Origin: Thermoproteota archaeon | GTDB lineage: Archaea > Thermoproteota > Thermoprotei > Gearchaeales > Gearchaeaceae | Direction: 5' to 3' | Assembly: GCA_041640715.1 (NCBI GenBank) | Contig: JBEPZU010000004.1 | Span: 1,542-65,541 of the forward strand | DNA: 64,000 bases | Part shown: positions 18,762 to 29,123 of the stretch, one piece after another | Layout: the number at the start of each line of letters is the position of its first letter | How positions within the stretch are numbered: position 1 is the stretch's first letter | Made by a program: the position numbers and the translations under genes | Notes under the pieces: generated by a model | The model's input: the letters and a program-made list of their open reading frames with translations, nothing else | Told to the model about the DNA's origin: nothing | The model's database searches: none

Positions 18762-20261
18762 ATGGCAGAAGTTCTACTTCATTTTGCTCTCCCATTTGCG
18801 TTTACTGCTCCATTGCTTGGATTTAAAAGAGGACTTTTGATAGGTTTGATAGCATTATTGCCAGATCTAGATGTGCTTTTCCAAATTCACAGATCGATCA
18901 CACATTCTATGATTTTTCTACTCGCTTTAGTTTTGCCGATTGTGATATTAGTGGCTTATAAATCACCTAAGCTCAAAGTTACTGCAATAGCAGCTATTCT
19001 AAGCCTTCTAAGTCATCCAGTACTGGATATGTTGCAGACATATACACCGATATTCTATCCTGTTTTGAAGGATTCACTATTCATTGAAGTGAATGCTGGA
19101 ATTTTAATAAACAGTTCAAACCCACATCCAATCTTAAATCCATATCTAAACGTCGAAGTTAAGTGGATGGCTACCGAGTTTAAGCCTTTTAAAAGCCTTG
19201 ATGGACCTTTATTTACAAGCCAAAATCTACCCATCTCAATAGCTTTGATCTTAATGCCTATCGTTTACAGATTTGCCTCGATGAAACATATCAAAAAGAA
19301 CCAATTGAGCAAACCAAAGGATTTGTTGGATCAAACTATACTGCTTGTGCAAGATCCTATTCCACAAAACCCAGCCATTTCAAAGGAGGAAATCACCGTA
19401 GTGATACCAGTTTTAAATGAAGCTGAAGGTATAGGTAAAGTCATCGACGAGATAAAGCAAGAGGGTTACAATAACATATTGGTGATAGACGGTTATTCGA
19501 GCGATAATACTGCTGAAGTTGCGATGAGCAAAAACGTTAAGGTAATACGTCAACATGGAATAGGTAAAGGAGGCGCCATCAAAACAGCACTTGAGCATGT
19601 TAATACTCCATACATTCTCTTAATGGATGGCGATTATACATATGATCCAAAGGATATCAAGCATATGCTAGTTTATGCTAAAAAATATGATGAAGTGATA
19701 GGTTCAAGAGTACGTTCCAAAGCCATGAGTTTATTACATAGAATAGGCAATAGGATCATTAACTTGACATTCAACCTTTTAATGGGTACTAGCCTTAGCG
19801 ATGTATGTAGTGGAATGTATCTAGTAAGGACTGAAGCCTTGAAGGATCTCGAAATAAAAAGCAGAGATTTCAGTGTGGAAGTTGAAATAGCAGCTCATAT
19901 AAGTCATTCAGGTAAGATCACTGAAGTTCCTATAAATTATAGGAAAAGGATTGGGAAAAAGAAGCTCCAAAGCTTTCGAGATGGGCTCGTAATACTTCGC
20001 ACTATAATATGGTTGGCGATGAATTATAATCCTGTAATGCTCTTTGCTTCTTTAGCTTCCATCTTAGCTATTCCTGGCTTAATTATTACTCTAAGAGAAC
20101 TTTATTTAAGATATCTTTACGGAGCTGAAGCTTGGTCTTTTGGCATGGCATGGTTAGGGTTATTTCTACTCGTAATAGGATTGCAAGGAATTACAATCGC
20201 AATAATATCCTTGATGTTAAGGAGGATGGAAATTAGGATACTACGGAACCTTAAAAAATAA
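18762..20261 (+). CDS. fusion protein: N-terminal YdjM/DUF457-like membrane-bound metal-dependent hydrolase domain + dolichyl-phosphate-sugar-synthase-type GT2 domain + C-terminal TM helices
   Basis: 499 aa. His-rich membrane N-terminus (HFALPF, HRSITHSM, SHPVLD). GT2 core ITVVIPVLNE...VIDGYSSDNTAEVA...LMDGDYTYDP. Two C-terminal TM helices. Confidence 0.6.
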   Translation: MAEVLLHFALPFAFTAPLLGFKRGLLIGLIALLPDLDVLFQIHRSITHSMIFLLALVLPIVILVAYKSPKLKVTAIAAILSLLSHPVLDMLQTYTPIFYPVLKDSLFIEVNAGILINSSNPHPILNPYLNVEVKWMATEFKPFKSLDGPLFTSQNLPISIALILMPIVYRFASMKHIKKNQLSKPKDLLDQTILLVQDPIPQNPAISKEEITVVIPVLNEAEGIGKVIDEIKQEGYNNILVIDGYSSDNTAEVAMSKNVKVIRQHGIGKGGAIKTALEHVNTPYILLMDGDYTYDPKDIKHMLVYAKKYDEVIGSRVRSKAMSLLHRIGNRIINLTFNLLMGTSLSDVCSGMYLVRTEALKDLEIKSRDFSVEVEIAAHISHSGKITEVPINYRKRIGKKKLQSFRDGLVILRTIIWLAMNYNPVMLFASLASILAIPGLIITLRELYLRYLYGAEAWSFGMAWLGLFLLVIGLQGITIAIISLMLRRMEIRILRNLKK

Positions 20262-20264
20262 AAG

Positions 20265-21734
20265 TTGAGCTGGATTTTAAACGAAGAAGTTTTAGCAGTA
20301 ATATTAGTCATAGTGATAATTTCAGGCATAATTGCAACCATTCAAGTTTTCAACCCACAAAACAACATAGAAAGTTTCTCCGAGCTTGGACTATTAGGTA
20401 AAAGAGGTATGATAGGAGATTATCCTAGGCAAGTAGTAGCTGGTCAACCTTTTCTCTTATACATTTACATAGGTAACCATGAAGGTAAAACAGTCTATTA
20501 CAAAATCCTCGTCAAAACAGGAGATAAATCTTCCGTAATAAATGAAACCACTCCTTTAAACGCTGAACCAATAATGGAGTTTAGAGTTGTTCTTACTCAT
20601 AACTCATCCATAAAAATCCCAGTTAACATAACACTAGAGCAGCCAGCAACCAACTTAAGGCTCGTCTTCGAGATGTGGATCTATAACGAAACATCTGGGA
20701 ATTTCATATACTACAATCGATGGAATCAGCTCTGGCTCAATGTCACAGGTGGGTTGATGAGCACTGGTGAAAGTCAAAAGACAAAACAAACCTTAAGCGA
20801 AGATCTTGAAAAAAGAATAATTGAGGGTTATTTGTCTATAAGGAGAGCAGAAAGAGATGGAGGAAACGTCTCTGAGATGGTTAATCTGATTAACCAAGCT
20901 ATACAGCTCGCTTTCAAAGGAGATGAAGCCAATGCGAATGAACTTATAGATGAGATAATAGCCATGGAACCAATTGTTTCAAGGCTTGGATTGGAGACAT
21001 CAAGGATGAAACTTTACACCAACATAGCAATGTTAACAGCGATCTCATCTATAGGCATAACTAGCTTCATTTTCTTAAGACAAAGAATATGGATTTACTG
21101 GGCTAGAATTCATAAAGATTGGAAGATTATTTCGAAGAAAAACAACATGAAGCTTAGCAATTTAGAAAAAATCATCCTAAATGAAATCAAGAATAAAGAA
21201 ACTCGATTAGGAGAAATCGTATTCTCTCCTACAATGAAATACAAAGCGCATGAAATCGCAAAAACTATTTACAAATTAGCTAGAAAGGATGAAATTAAGC
21301 TAATCGATCCTAAACCACCATTGAATTTCTTAAGGTATATTCTATCGAGATATAACCTAGGTTTTGCGATAATTACTTCATTAGTAGCATTGGCTATACT
21401 TTCAGTTTACGGCTCAGATTCCTTTTCAGCTTTAACATCTTTGAGGATCATCTTAGGTTCGCTTTTAGTGCTTTTCATGCCAGGTTATTCTCTCATAGAA
21501 GCCCTATATCCCAAAGAAGAAGATCTTACACCCCTTGAGAGATTAGCTTTATCTATAGGTCTTAGCTTAGCGATCGTGCCCCTTATAGGCTTGGTGCTCA
21601 ATTATACTCCTTGGGGTATAAGGCTTGATCCCATTCTGGTTGCACTTTCAACGCTCACGTTGATTTTAATGTTCCTATCAAGTTATAGGAAATTTGAGGT
21701 TCTAAGGTTGAAGGTAAGCACTACAAATGTTTGA
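20265..21734 (+). CDS. membrane protein: N-terminal TM helix + sequon-rich extracellular domain + wHTH-like segment + C-terminal polytopic domain (DUF1616-like); paralogous to 62899..63501
   Basis: 489 aa. C-terminal block FMPGYSLIEALYPKEEDLTPLERLALSIGLSLAIVPLIGLVLNYTPWG aligns with the 62899 ORF. Confidence 0.5.
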   Translation: MSWILNEEVLAVILVIVIISGIIATIQVFNPQNNIESFSELGLLGKRGMIGDYPRQVVAGQPFLLYIYIGNHEGKTVYYKILVKTGDKSSVINETTPLNAEPIMEFRVVLTHNSSIKIPVNITLEQPATNLRLVFEMWIYNETSGNFIYYNRWNQLWLNVTGGLMSTGESQKTKQTLSEDLEKRIIEGYLSIRRAERDGGNVSEMVNLINQAIQLAFKGDEANANELIDEIIAMEPIVSRLGLETSRMKLYTNIAMLTAISSIGITSFIFLRQRIWIYWARIHKDWKIISKKNNMKLSNLEKIILNEIKNKETRLGEIVFSPTMKYKAHEIAKTIYKLARKDEIKLIDPKPPLNFLRYILSRYNLGFAIITSLVALAILSVYGSDSFSALTSLRIILGSLLVLFMPGYSLIEALYPKEEDLTPLERLALSIGLSLAIVPLIGLVLNYTPWGIRLDPILVALSTLTLILMFLSSYRKFEVLRLKVSTTNV

Positions 21735-22455
21735 TCGAAATTTAGTGTATGGTTTAAGTCTAGTCTCTTTCGGATCGATCTTAAGCATAGCTTCGTATTT
21801 TATCTTAGAAAACATACCCTTAACAGCTTTGGGAATAGGCTTGATTGTATTAGGCTCAGCGTGGGCAATGATACCACCATATCCTTTGCCTAAGGATACG
21901 ATCATAGAATTGATCAAATCATCATGCAGTAATATAGAAGCCTTGTTAGAAGCATTAGGGATATTCGAAAAGGCCATCTACATACCATCTAAAGAAGGAA
22001 GGGTCTTGGCCTACGTACCTATTAAGAAATCAGGAAATGTTAGTATTGATGAGATAAGCAATAACTTAAACAAAATGATTTTCAAAAGCAAAGAAAGTCT
22101 TGGAATAATTTTAGCCCCGCCTAAAGCTGGAATAGGAAATCCGCATCCAGTAGGAGAAATCGGTTCTGATCTAACCACATTACTTGAACATGCCCTCGTA
22201 GATTCTGAGATTGCTTCTTCAGTCAGCGCAGTACAGAGCGAAGAAATCGTAGTAGTGGAGATAAATAAGCCTAAAGGCGATGTAGATTACCGTAGATTTA
22301 GAATTGTCATGGGTTCATTGCCTTCATGCATAGCAGCCCAAGCTGTAGCGGCATTCTTCTCTAAACCTGTTCAAATAATCGAAGAAAGGAAAGAAGGGAA
22401 TAGCTTAATAGTCAACTTAAAGGTCTTGGATTGGAAAGACAGTACTTATATTTAA
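21727..22455 (+). CDS. hypothetical membrane-anchored protein
   Basis: 242 aa. Two N-terminal TM helices then a soluble domain. Start overlaps the upstream stop. Confidence 0.4.
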   Translation: MFDRNLVYGLSLVSFGSILSIASYFILENIPLTALGIGLIVLGSAWAMIPPYPLPKDTIIELIKSSCSNIEALLEALGIFEKAIYIPSKEGRVLAYVPIKKSGNVSIDEISNNLNKMIFKSKESLGIILAPPKAGIGNPHPVGEIGSDLTTLLEHALVDSEIASSVSAVQSEEIVVVEINKPKGDVDYRRFRIVMGSLPSCIAAQAVAAFFSKPVQIIEERKEGNSLIVNLKVLDWKDSTYI

Positions 22456-22676
22456 TTAGTCTAGCACTTCTCATGATGATCACCGTTTCAGCATTGGCAG
22501 CTCTGAACGAGAATAGATTGGATTTTTACCTGAGTATTTTCACGCTCATATATCTAGTTACCAACTTGACCTTCAGACCTAGAAAAAGGACGTTTGATTT
22601 CATTGCTTTGTTTTTATTACTTATATTCGTGTACATAACGATCACTAAGATCTTAGAAATCCTCATTTTAACTTGA
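22431..22676 (+). CDS. small hydrophobic protein
   Basis: 81 aa, three predicted TM segments. Overlaps both neighbours, compatible with operon coupling. Confidence 0.3.
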   Translation: MERQYLYLISLALLMMITVSALAALNENRLDFYLSIFTLIYLVTNLTFRPRKRTFDFIALFLLLIFVYITITKILEILILT

Positions 22677-24556
22677 AAAGAAAAACTTTAGTAAAGTCGT
22701 TTACAATAGTAGCCGCAATATCGATAGTGATACTCCTGCTTTTTTCATCGCTAATACAGCCGCCGATTCCATTTAGGGCTATACTTAGGCATGTTGACCC
22801 AAGCTCTGAAAACAAGCAGTTTCCGTTCTCACTTTTCTTGGTTTTTCAGATCAGTGAATTACTAAAAAGCTTGATAAATGGTAATTTTAGAGATGCATCT
22901 GAAAAATTGAAAAATTTGAAAAACATTAGCATACCAGAAGAATATCGTTTCATATTCAACAGGTTCAATGAGCTCTTAGAGGAAATTTCAAACCAGCTTA
23001 ACGCGACTAAGTACTTACTAGATCAAGCAGAAGAACTAATAATAAATGGTAAAAGCGAAGATGCTAGATCTTTACTGAACGAAGCGTCGCTTAAGCTAGC
23101 TTCTGCAAATATAACTTATATCGAACTCAGAGTAGCTTTTAATGAATTCGCTAAGACGTTTGGGCTACCTATTGATCGGCTTCAAAAACTCATAGATAGA
23201 TTAGGCGAGGTGATCAATGAGTATTATGATAGACTTCTCAGGTTGTTTAAAATGATCCAGGATCAAAGACTTCTTGAGGATACGTTCTTAAGCATCAACG
23301 TAACTCCCAAAACAATCTGGACTGGAGGAAATTTAGAAATTAGCGGTACGCTTTATACAAACAATACCTTTTTAGCGAATAAGACATTAGAAATACTCCT
23401 TGACGAAAGCCCGCTTACTAAAGTTTTAACTAATGAAAGAGGTGAGTTCAAAATTAAGGTTAAGATACCATATATTTACAAACCAAGCATTATTCTCAAA
23501 GCTAGGTACATTCCTACAGGATTTGACAGCGAGATTTACAAACCAACAGTTTCAAACAACGTGACGGTTAAACTCCTTTACATTCAACCAATCATAAAAG
23601 TTGAAACAATAGGCAAAGCGCTACCAGGTAAAACCTTCGTTTTGAATGGCTACGTAGAAACCAATAGGTCTTTACCATACACTAGCTTGCTAATCTCATG
23701 GACTGGAACCTCTTTGAATGCGACTCTTAATGAAGGAAAGTTCAGTATTGAGTTATATACACCTGCAAATATACCTGATGGAGAATACGAATTGAGGATC
23801 AAAGCACCTCCATTCGAAATCTTTGCGCCTGCTGAGATAACCCTTCTAGTTAGAGTAGAGAGAATACCTCTTAATTTTGAAATACAGCAGCCAGGCGTGA
23901 TCATTGCAGGTTTAGCTTCACAAATACAAATTAAACTCGTTGACGAAGAAAACGTAAACTTCACGGCTAGATTGAGCTTCATGGATCAAATCTATACTGT
24001 CAATGCAAGCACGCAAGCAAGCTTTAATTTAGTTGCTCCATTAACAGTTTTGAGCGGATATCATCACTATAAAATAACTATATTTCCAAGTTTACCTTGG
24101 TACAAAAGCTCAGAATTTGAAGGAAGCATACTAGTGATAAATCCGCTGACGATCTTGGTTCCTATTATAATATCCTCAGTCATGACCTTTGAGCTCCTCA
24201 AGAGAAAAAGAAAGAAGATCATTGAAGAACCTTACCAAGAACAAAAGGTATCAGAACAAGCGATTACAAGAGTGTATTCAGAAACCTCGAAGTTCAAGGA
24301 GTTAATCGATTTATATTGGCAAGCAGTAGCGATAGTAAGCGAGATTACCAGCATTGAAATGAAACCAAGTATGACCCTGAGAGAATATCTCGAATTTACG
24401 GGGCCTAAATTAAAAGAATTAAAAAAAGCCTTCGAAATTATTACGATAGCTACTGAGAAAGCTATTTATGCTCCTTTAGTTTTGAATGAAGAAATAGAAG
24501 CTACAATGAAAGCGTTTGAAGAGTTAAAAGTAATGTATGTCAAAGTTCAACTTTAA
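22673..24556 (+). CDS. surface-exposed membrane protein: N-terminal TM, coiled coil, Ig-like beta-rich repeats with many N-glycosylation sequons, TM, cytoplasmic DUF4129-like C-terminal domain
   Basis: 627 aa with no cysteine. At least 11 N-x-S/T sequons. TM helix then KRKRKK then a C-terminal domain containing MTLREYLEF (DUF4129-like). Confidence 0.5.
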   Translation: MKRKTLVKSFTIVAAISIVILLLFSSLIQPPIPFRAILRHVDPSSENKQFPFSLFLVFQISELLKSLINGNFRDASEKLKNLKNISIPEEYRFIFNRFNELLEEISNQLNATKYLLDQAEELIINGKSEDARSLLNEASLKLASANITYIELRVAFNEFAKTFGLPIDRLQKLIDRLGEVINEYYDRLLRLFKMIQDQRLLEDTFLSINVTPKTIWTGGNLEISGTLYTNNTFLANKTLEILLDESPLTKVLTNERGEFKIKVKIPYIYKPSIILKARYIPTGFDSEIYKPTVSNNVTVKLLYIQPIIKVETIGKALPGKTFVLNGYVETNRSLPYTSLLISWTGTSLNATLNEGKFSIELYTPANIPDGEYELRIKAPPFEIFAPAEITLLVRVERIPLNFEIQQPGVIIAGLASQIQIKLVDEENVNFTARLSFMDQIYTVNASTQASFNLVAPLTVLSGYHHYKITIFPSLPWYKSSEFEGSILVINPLTILVPIIISSVMTFELLKRKRKKIIEEPYQEQKVSEQAITRVYSETSKFKELIDLYWQAVAIVSEITSIEMKPSMTLREYLEFTGPKLKELKKAFEIITIATEKAIYAPLVLNEEIEATMKAFEELKVMYVKVQL

Positions 24557-25526
24557 TCCCATCCTATTCAGCGTTGCCCTAGCGATACTCTTCATTTTAA
24601 TAGCTATAGCTTTGCTGCCTGCCCATGAGGACTTCCTAATAGCAAATCCATATTGGAATGGCTTACAAACTTTTTCTAAGACAGTTGATCTCAATGTCAT
24701 AAACATAGAGCATGAAATGATCATTCCAGAAAAAACGGTTCTCTTCTTGATAGGCCCTTCCTTAAATCTAACGCAAAATCAAATCGAAATGTTGAGAGAA
24801 TATGTAATGAATGGGGGAGAACTCGTCCTAATGGATGAGACTGGTATTATAAATGCGCTCCTTTCAAATTTAGGGCTTGGTATTAGCGTCGACGGAAATT
24901 TAATGCTAGATGCTTTATTTTATCATAGGAGCTGGAAGTTGCCTAGGATAATCAACATAAAGGAAGATGAGCTTACAGCAGGGGTTGAAAACATCGTACT
25001 CGACCTCCCTTCTGTACTTAGAGTTAAGGATCCAAACGTTAAAATCATAGCTTATTCTTCAAGCTTTAGTTTCCTCGATATAAACAAGGACTTTAAACCT
25101 TCAGATGATGAACCGCTTGGACCTTTTCCTGTAGCGGCTAAAATAAGCTATGGTAAAGGAGTCATATTGATCTTCTCAGATTCCAGCATTTTTTTGAACA
25201 GCATAATTAATCTAGGAGATAATCCCAGATTATTGCAAAACTTAGTTAAAGATAGATCTGTCTATTTAGATATTAGCACTTGGAAATTAACACCTAGAGA
25301 GAGCTATAGAAATGCTTTACTGAGCTTCTATGCGATCCTATCAGCACCAGAATTTAAGTATAGCTTGGCTTTAGCAATACTAGCAATCATCTATGCGACG
25401 AAACCGAGAAGAAAAACAAAGATTGAAATAGATGAGATTGAAGAAACCCTTAAAAAGCATCCTGACTGGGATGGGCGTATACTTAAATTACTTAAAGAGC
25501 TAAGAGATAGATATACAGCAAAATGA
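24537..25526 (+). CDS. DUF4350-like membrane protein (GldG-like domain flanked by TM helices)
   Basis: 329 aa. N- and C-terminal TM helices. Central VLFLIGP...GGELVLMDE pattern typical of DUF4350. Confidence 0.5.
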   Translation: MSKFNFNPILFSVALAILFILIAIALLPAHEDFLIANPYWNGLQTFSKTVDLNVINIEHEMIIPEKTVLFLIGPSLNLTQNQIEMLREYVMNGGELVLMDETGIINALLSNLGLGISVDGNLMLDALFYHRSWKLPRIINIKEDELTAGVENIVLDLPSVLRVKDPNVKIIAYSSSFSFLDINKDFKPSDDEPLGPFPVAAKISYGKGVILIFSDSSIFLNSIINLGDNPRLLQNLVKDRSVYLDISTWKLTPRESYRNALLSFYAILSAPEFKYSLALAILAIIYATKPRRKTKIEIDEIEETLKKHPDWDGRILKLLKELRDRYTAK

Positions 25527-26437
25527 TAGAAGAAATAATTTCAGAAATAGAACGCTTCGTAGTAGGCAAAAAGGATGTTATAAAAATGATTCTTGTAGCC
25601 CTTCTAAGCGAAGGACATATACTACTCGAAGGTCCTCCTGGGGTAGCTAAAACGCTGATAGCAAAGACCTCCGCTAAAACACTAGGATTAAGCTTTTCGA
25701 GAATCCAAATGACCCCAGATACTTTGCCAGCAGATATACTAGGAGCTGCGATCTACGATGTAAAGACAGGAGAATTCAAAGTTAAAAAAGGCCCGATCTT
25801 TGCTAATGTTTTATTGGTAGATGAGCTTAACAGAGCTCCTCCAAAGACACAATCAGCCTTCCTTGAGGCAATGCAAGAAAGACAAGTAACAATAGAAGGC
25901 ACGAGTTATCCTCTTGAAAGGCCATTTTTGGTGATTGCCACGCAAATACCTTATGGCTCTCCTGGAACATATCCTCTCACAGAAGTTCAAATAGATAGAT
26001 TTGCCTACAAAATCAAGGTTAGGTTTGCTTCTCCTGAAGAGGAGATGAAGATATTAGAGAAAATAGACTCCATCGAGAGCGGAGAAGTAAGACAAGTTGC
26101 TGATAGAAATAAAATACTACAAGCGATGGAAGAGGTTAGAAAGATATACGTCTCAGAAGCCGTTAGAAAATATATCGTAGATATGATCTTTAAGCTAAGG
26201 AATAATCACGCTTTAATCGAAGGACCTAGCGCAAGAGGAACCATATGGCTAATGAAAGCTAGCAGAGCATATGCGTTCCTAAACAAGAGGAACTATGTAA
26301 TACCAGATGATGTAAAAGCGGTTGCACCCCATGTACTTAGACATAGAATACAATTAAGGAAAGAAATGCTCGAAGAAATCAACGAGGAACAAATAATCGA
26401 AGAACTACTATTAGCTACGCCTGTACCTAAAGGATAA
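25523..26437 (+). CDS. MoxR-family AAA+ ATPase
   Basis: 304 aa. Walker A GPPGVAKT, Walker B LLVDELNRA, sensor and VWA-interacting regions typical of MoxR (AAA_3). Confidence 0.85.
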   Translation: MIEEIISEIERFVVGKKDVIKMILVALLSEGHILLEGPPGVAKTLIAKTSAKTLGLSFSRIQMTPDTLPADILGAAIYDVKTGEFKVKKGPIFANVLLVDELNRAPPKTQSAFLEAMQERQVTIEGTSYPLERPFLVIATQIPYGSPGTYPLTEVQIDRFAYKIKVRFASPEEEMKILEKIDSIESGEVRQVADRNKILQAMEEVRKIYVSEAVRKYIVDMIFKLRNNHALIEGPSARGTIWLMKASRAYAFLNKRNYVIPDDVKAVAPHVLRHRIQLRKEMLEEINEEQIIEELLLATPVPKG

Positions 26438-26439
26438 TC

Positions 26440-27723
26440 TTGAAACTAGAAGTTACAGAAAAAGGGAGGAAATTAGCGTTATCGATAATTGCACTTACAT
26501 TACTTTACGTACTTTTCCTCGACATTTTACTGCTTTTGGCAGCTTCAATCATAGCATCCATAATGTTCTATTCTTTTTCCGTAGCATTATTGAGGAATAG
26601 AAATCTTAAAAAACACTCAAAAATTGAACCAGGATGCATCGAGCTAAAGCTCGTCGCCGGTACGACTCAAAGCATGAAAATGAAAATCGAAAATAAAAAG
26701 CCTTTATCGATTCGAGTTAAGCCTACTTTGAATTTCTGCAAGATCATTCCTGAGCTTTATAAGACCAATGAAGAGCTGAAGATAGAGATTTCACCAATGC
26801 TTGCAGGAAATTACGATTCTAAATGGCTTGAAGTCGAAATCCTTTCTCCTTTAAATATCTTTGTATTGAAATCAACACTTCCATTTAACATAAAGCTTAC
26901 TGTTTTACCTAGGGTTGTCCCTGTAGCAATCAAAGCTTTAGAGCTTTTAGCAACATCAGGCACACGAATCTACGAAATACCGGTTCAAACTGTAGGGATT
27001 GGGACTGAATATTTCGAAACAAGGGAATACATTCCAGGAGATGATCCAAAAAGGGTTGATTGGAAAGCAACAGCTAGGTTACAAAAGCTAATGATAAAGA
27101 AATTTCATAAAGAAATAGGCTGGTTAATAAACTTAATATACGATGAAAAAGTAGCAGGACCTTTATCTAGAGACGAAGCCGCAACGTTGTTCTTGAAAAT
27201 AGCTCTATCACTTACTTCGATGGAAATACCATATGATCTGAGCTTTATTGGAGTTAATAACGAAATTAGATCAATCAAGTTCAAAGATCAAAGAACTGCC
27301 CTTTTAGCAGCTATAAAGCATGCACTCGATGCAGTAAATGTAGATTACGGAGTGCTATATGAATTGGTCGAAGCCCAGTCAACAAAAGAAGCTTTAAAAT
27401 TATTGAAAATGATAGATAAAGAAATCATCGTAAAGAAAACACAAAAGTTCGACGAAGAAAGCAATGCTATCGTTATTACTTGTTTGATAGGAGACATTAG
27501 CTGGTTAATGGACCTTCATGAAACTCTTAAATTAAACGGGAGAACATTAATGATAAACGTTCCTTCAAAAACATGGTTGGATAGTCCAAATTTGGAGGAA
27601 ACTTATATAAATTACGAAAAACAACTCAAAATCCTAGCAATGCTGAAAAGAAGAGGGATTGAGGTTAGGATCGGCAAAGATTTAGATTCAAATATCCAGG
27701 AGCTCAAGGCTTATATCGCTTAG
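26440..27723 (+). CDS. DUF58 protein (vWA-like, MoxR partner)
   Basis: 427 aa. N-terminal TM helices. DUF58 signature EYIPGDDPKRVDWKATAR. Confidence 0.7.
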   Translation: MKLEVTEKGRKLALSIIALTLLYVLFLDILLLLAASIIASIMFYSFSVALLRNRNLKKHSKIEPGCIELKLVAGTTQSMKMKIENKKPLSIRVKPTLNFCKIIPELYKTNEELKIEISPMLAGNYDSKWLEVEILSPLNIFVLKSTLPFNIKLTVLPRVVPVAIKALELLATSGTRIYEIPVQTVGIGTEYFETREYIPGDDPKRVDWKATARLQKLMIKKFHKEIGWLINLIYDEKVAGPLSRDEAATLFLKIALSLTSMEIPYDLSFIGVNNEIRSIKFKDQRTALLAAIKHALDAVNVDYGVLYELVEAQSTKEALKLLKMIDKEIIVKKTQKFDEESNAIVITCLIGDISWLMDLHETLKLNGRTLMINVPSKTWLDSPNLEETYINYEKQLKILAMLKRRGIEVRIGKDLDSNIQELKAYIA

Positions 27724-27846
27724 TCTTTCAAAGATTTGGCATAATATTATGCTCGATGAAACTGTTTTTTCATGGTGTCTAGTAGGAACTTGCGGATGAA
27801 GTTGAAGTAGCTTAATGACTTTAGGAACTAGTTAATAGAGCGAAAA

Positions 27847-28950
27847 TTGCTTTTAGAAACGCTTGCATTGGCATTAGGCATTATTCACTTTGGAGTTCCA
27901 CTTGGCTATTATATTTACATGAAGAGATATTTGAGTAAACCTTGGAATGTGGAAATAGATGAAAGTTATAAGGCGTATGTAACGGTGATCCTTCCAACAT
28001 ATAATGAGGCTGGAATAATTTGGAAAAAGCTTGACAACCTGTATCAGCAAGACTATCCTAAGGAGCTTTTTGAAGTAATAGTTATAGATGGAGCGAGCAG
28101 TGACGGTACGGCTGAAATTGTTAAGAAGTGGTCTTCTGAACATGAGGATATCAGTCTTAAATTAATCGAAGAGTCTGAAAGAAAGGGAAAAGCTCATGCA
28201 CTAAATCATGCATTAAAGCACTCTAAAGGTGAAGTCATAGTTATTGCGGATGCTGATGCATTTTGGCCTAAGAACGCATTACTAGAAGCCATTAAGTGGT
28301 TTTCAGACCCGAAGGTTGGTGCAGTATCATGCCTAAAGAATCCTACAAGCGCTGGCCCTGTAAGTATTGAGGAAGGATATAGGCAGTACTATAATGCCTT
28401 GAGAGTGGCTGAGAGCAAGGTTTATGCAACTCCGATATTCCATGGGGAATTGGCCGCATTTAGAAAAAGTCTCTTAGAAAAGTTAAACGGCTTTCCTGTA
28501 GATATCGGTGCAGACGACAGTCATACTGCTACAAGAATAGCCTTAATGGGCTATAGAGCAATAACTCCTGAAAATCTAGTAGTTGAAGAAATAGTCCCAA
28601 GCAGAGATTATTCTTGGTGGAGAGTAAGGCGGGCTCAGCATCTGATACAGCACTTCGTTAAGGCACTTAAAATAAAAGGTCAGAAGCCTAAAGAGTTCAA
28701 GAAAATCCTCGCCGTGGAATCGTTTTTGCACATAATAAATCCATTCTTGTTGCTAGCATCCACGATTGCATTAACAACAAGTATAGTAGTTACTCATTCA
28801 TTTCTCGCCTTAGGCATCTTAGCATTAGGAGCAGCATTGTTGTATATGAAGCGATATAGAACGTGGATTGTTCAACAATTCTACCTCCTTACAGCGACTT
28901 TAAGAAACCTGAGGAGTAGGGAAATAGTTTGGAGTAAACAGATTAAATGA
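27847..28950 (+). CDS. membrane-anchored glycosyltransferase family 2
   Basis: 367 aa. VTVILPTYNE...VIVIDGASSDGT...ADADA. C-terminal TM helices. Confidence 0.75.
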   Translation: MLLETLALALGIIHFGVPLGYYIYMKRYLSKPWNVEIDESYKAYVTVILPTYNEAGIIWKKLDNLYQQDYPKELFEVIVIDGASSDGTAEIVKKWSSEHEDISLKLIEESERKGKAHALNHALKHSKGEVIVIADADAFWPKNALLEAIKWFSDPKVGAVSCLKNPTSAGPVSIEEGYRQYYNALRVAESKVYATPIFHGELAAFRKSLLEKLNGFPVDIGADDSHTATRIALMGYRAITPENLVVEEIVPSRDYSWWRVRRAQHLIQHFVKALKIKGQKPKEFKKILAVESFLHIINPFLLLASTIALTTSIVVTHSFLALGILALGAALLYMKRYRTWIVQQFYLLTATLRNLRSREIVWSKQIK

Positions 28951-29123
28951 AGCAGTTTATAGCTAAAGCAAACGATATATCTTAGTTAAGATACCTTACT
29001 TGCAATAACGTGCTTAAACTGTTGTAGCTGACAAGAAGCTTAGTCTGAGTAAAGTGATTTTGAAAGTAATTAAGGCTACATAATTAAGGGCTATCTACAA
29101 GGTTTTAACTTCGAAGCAAGTAG

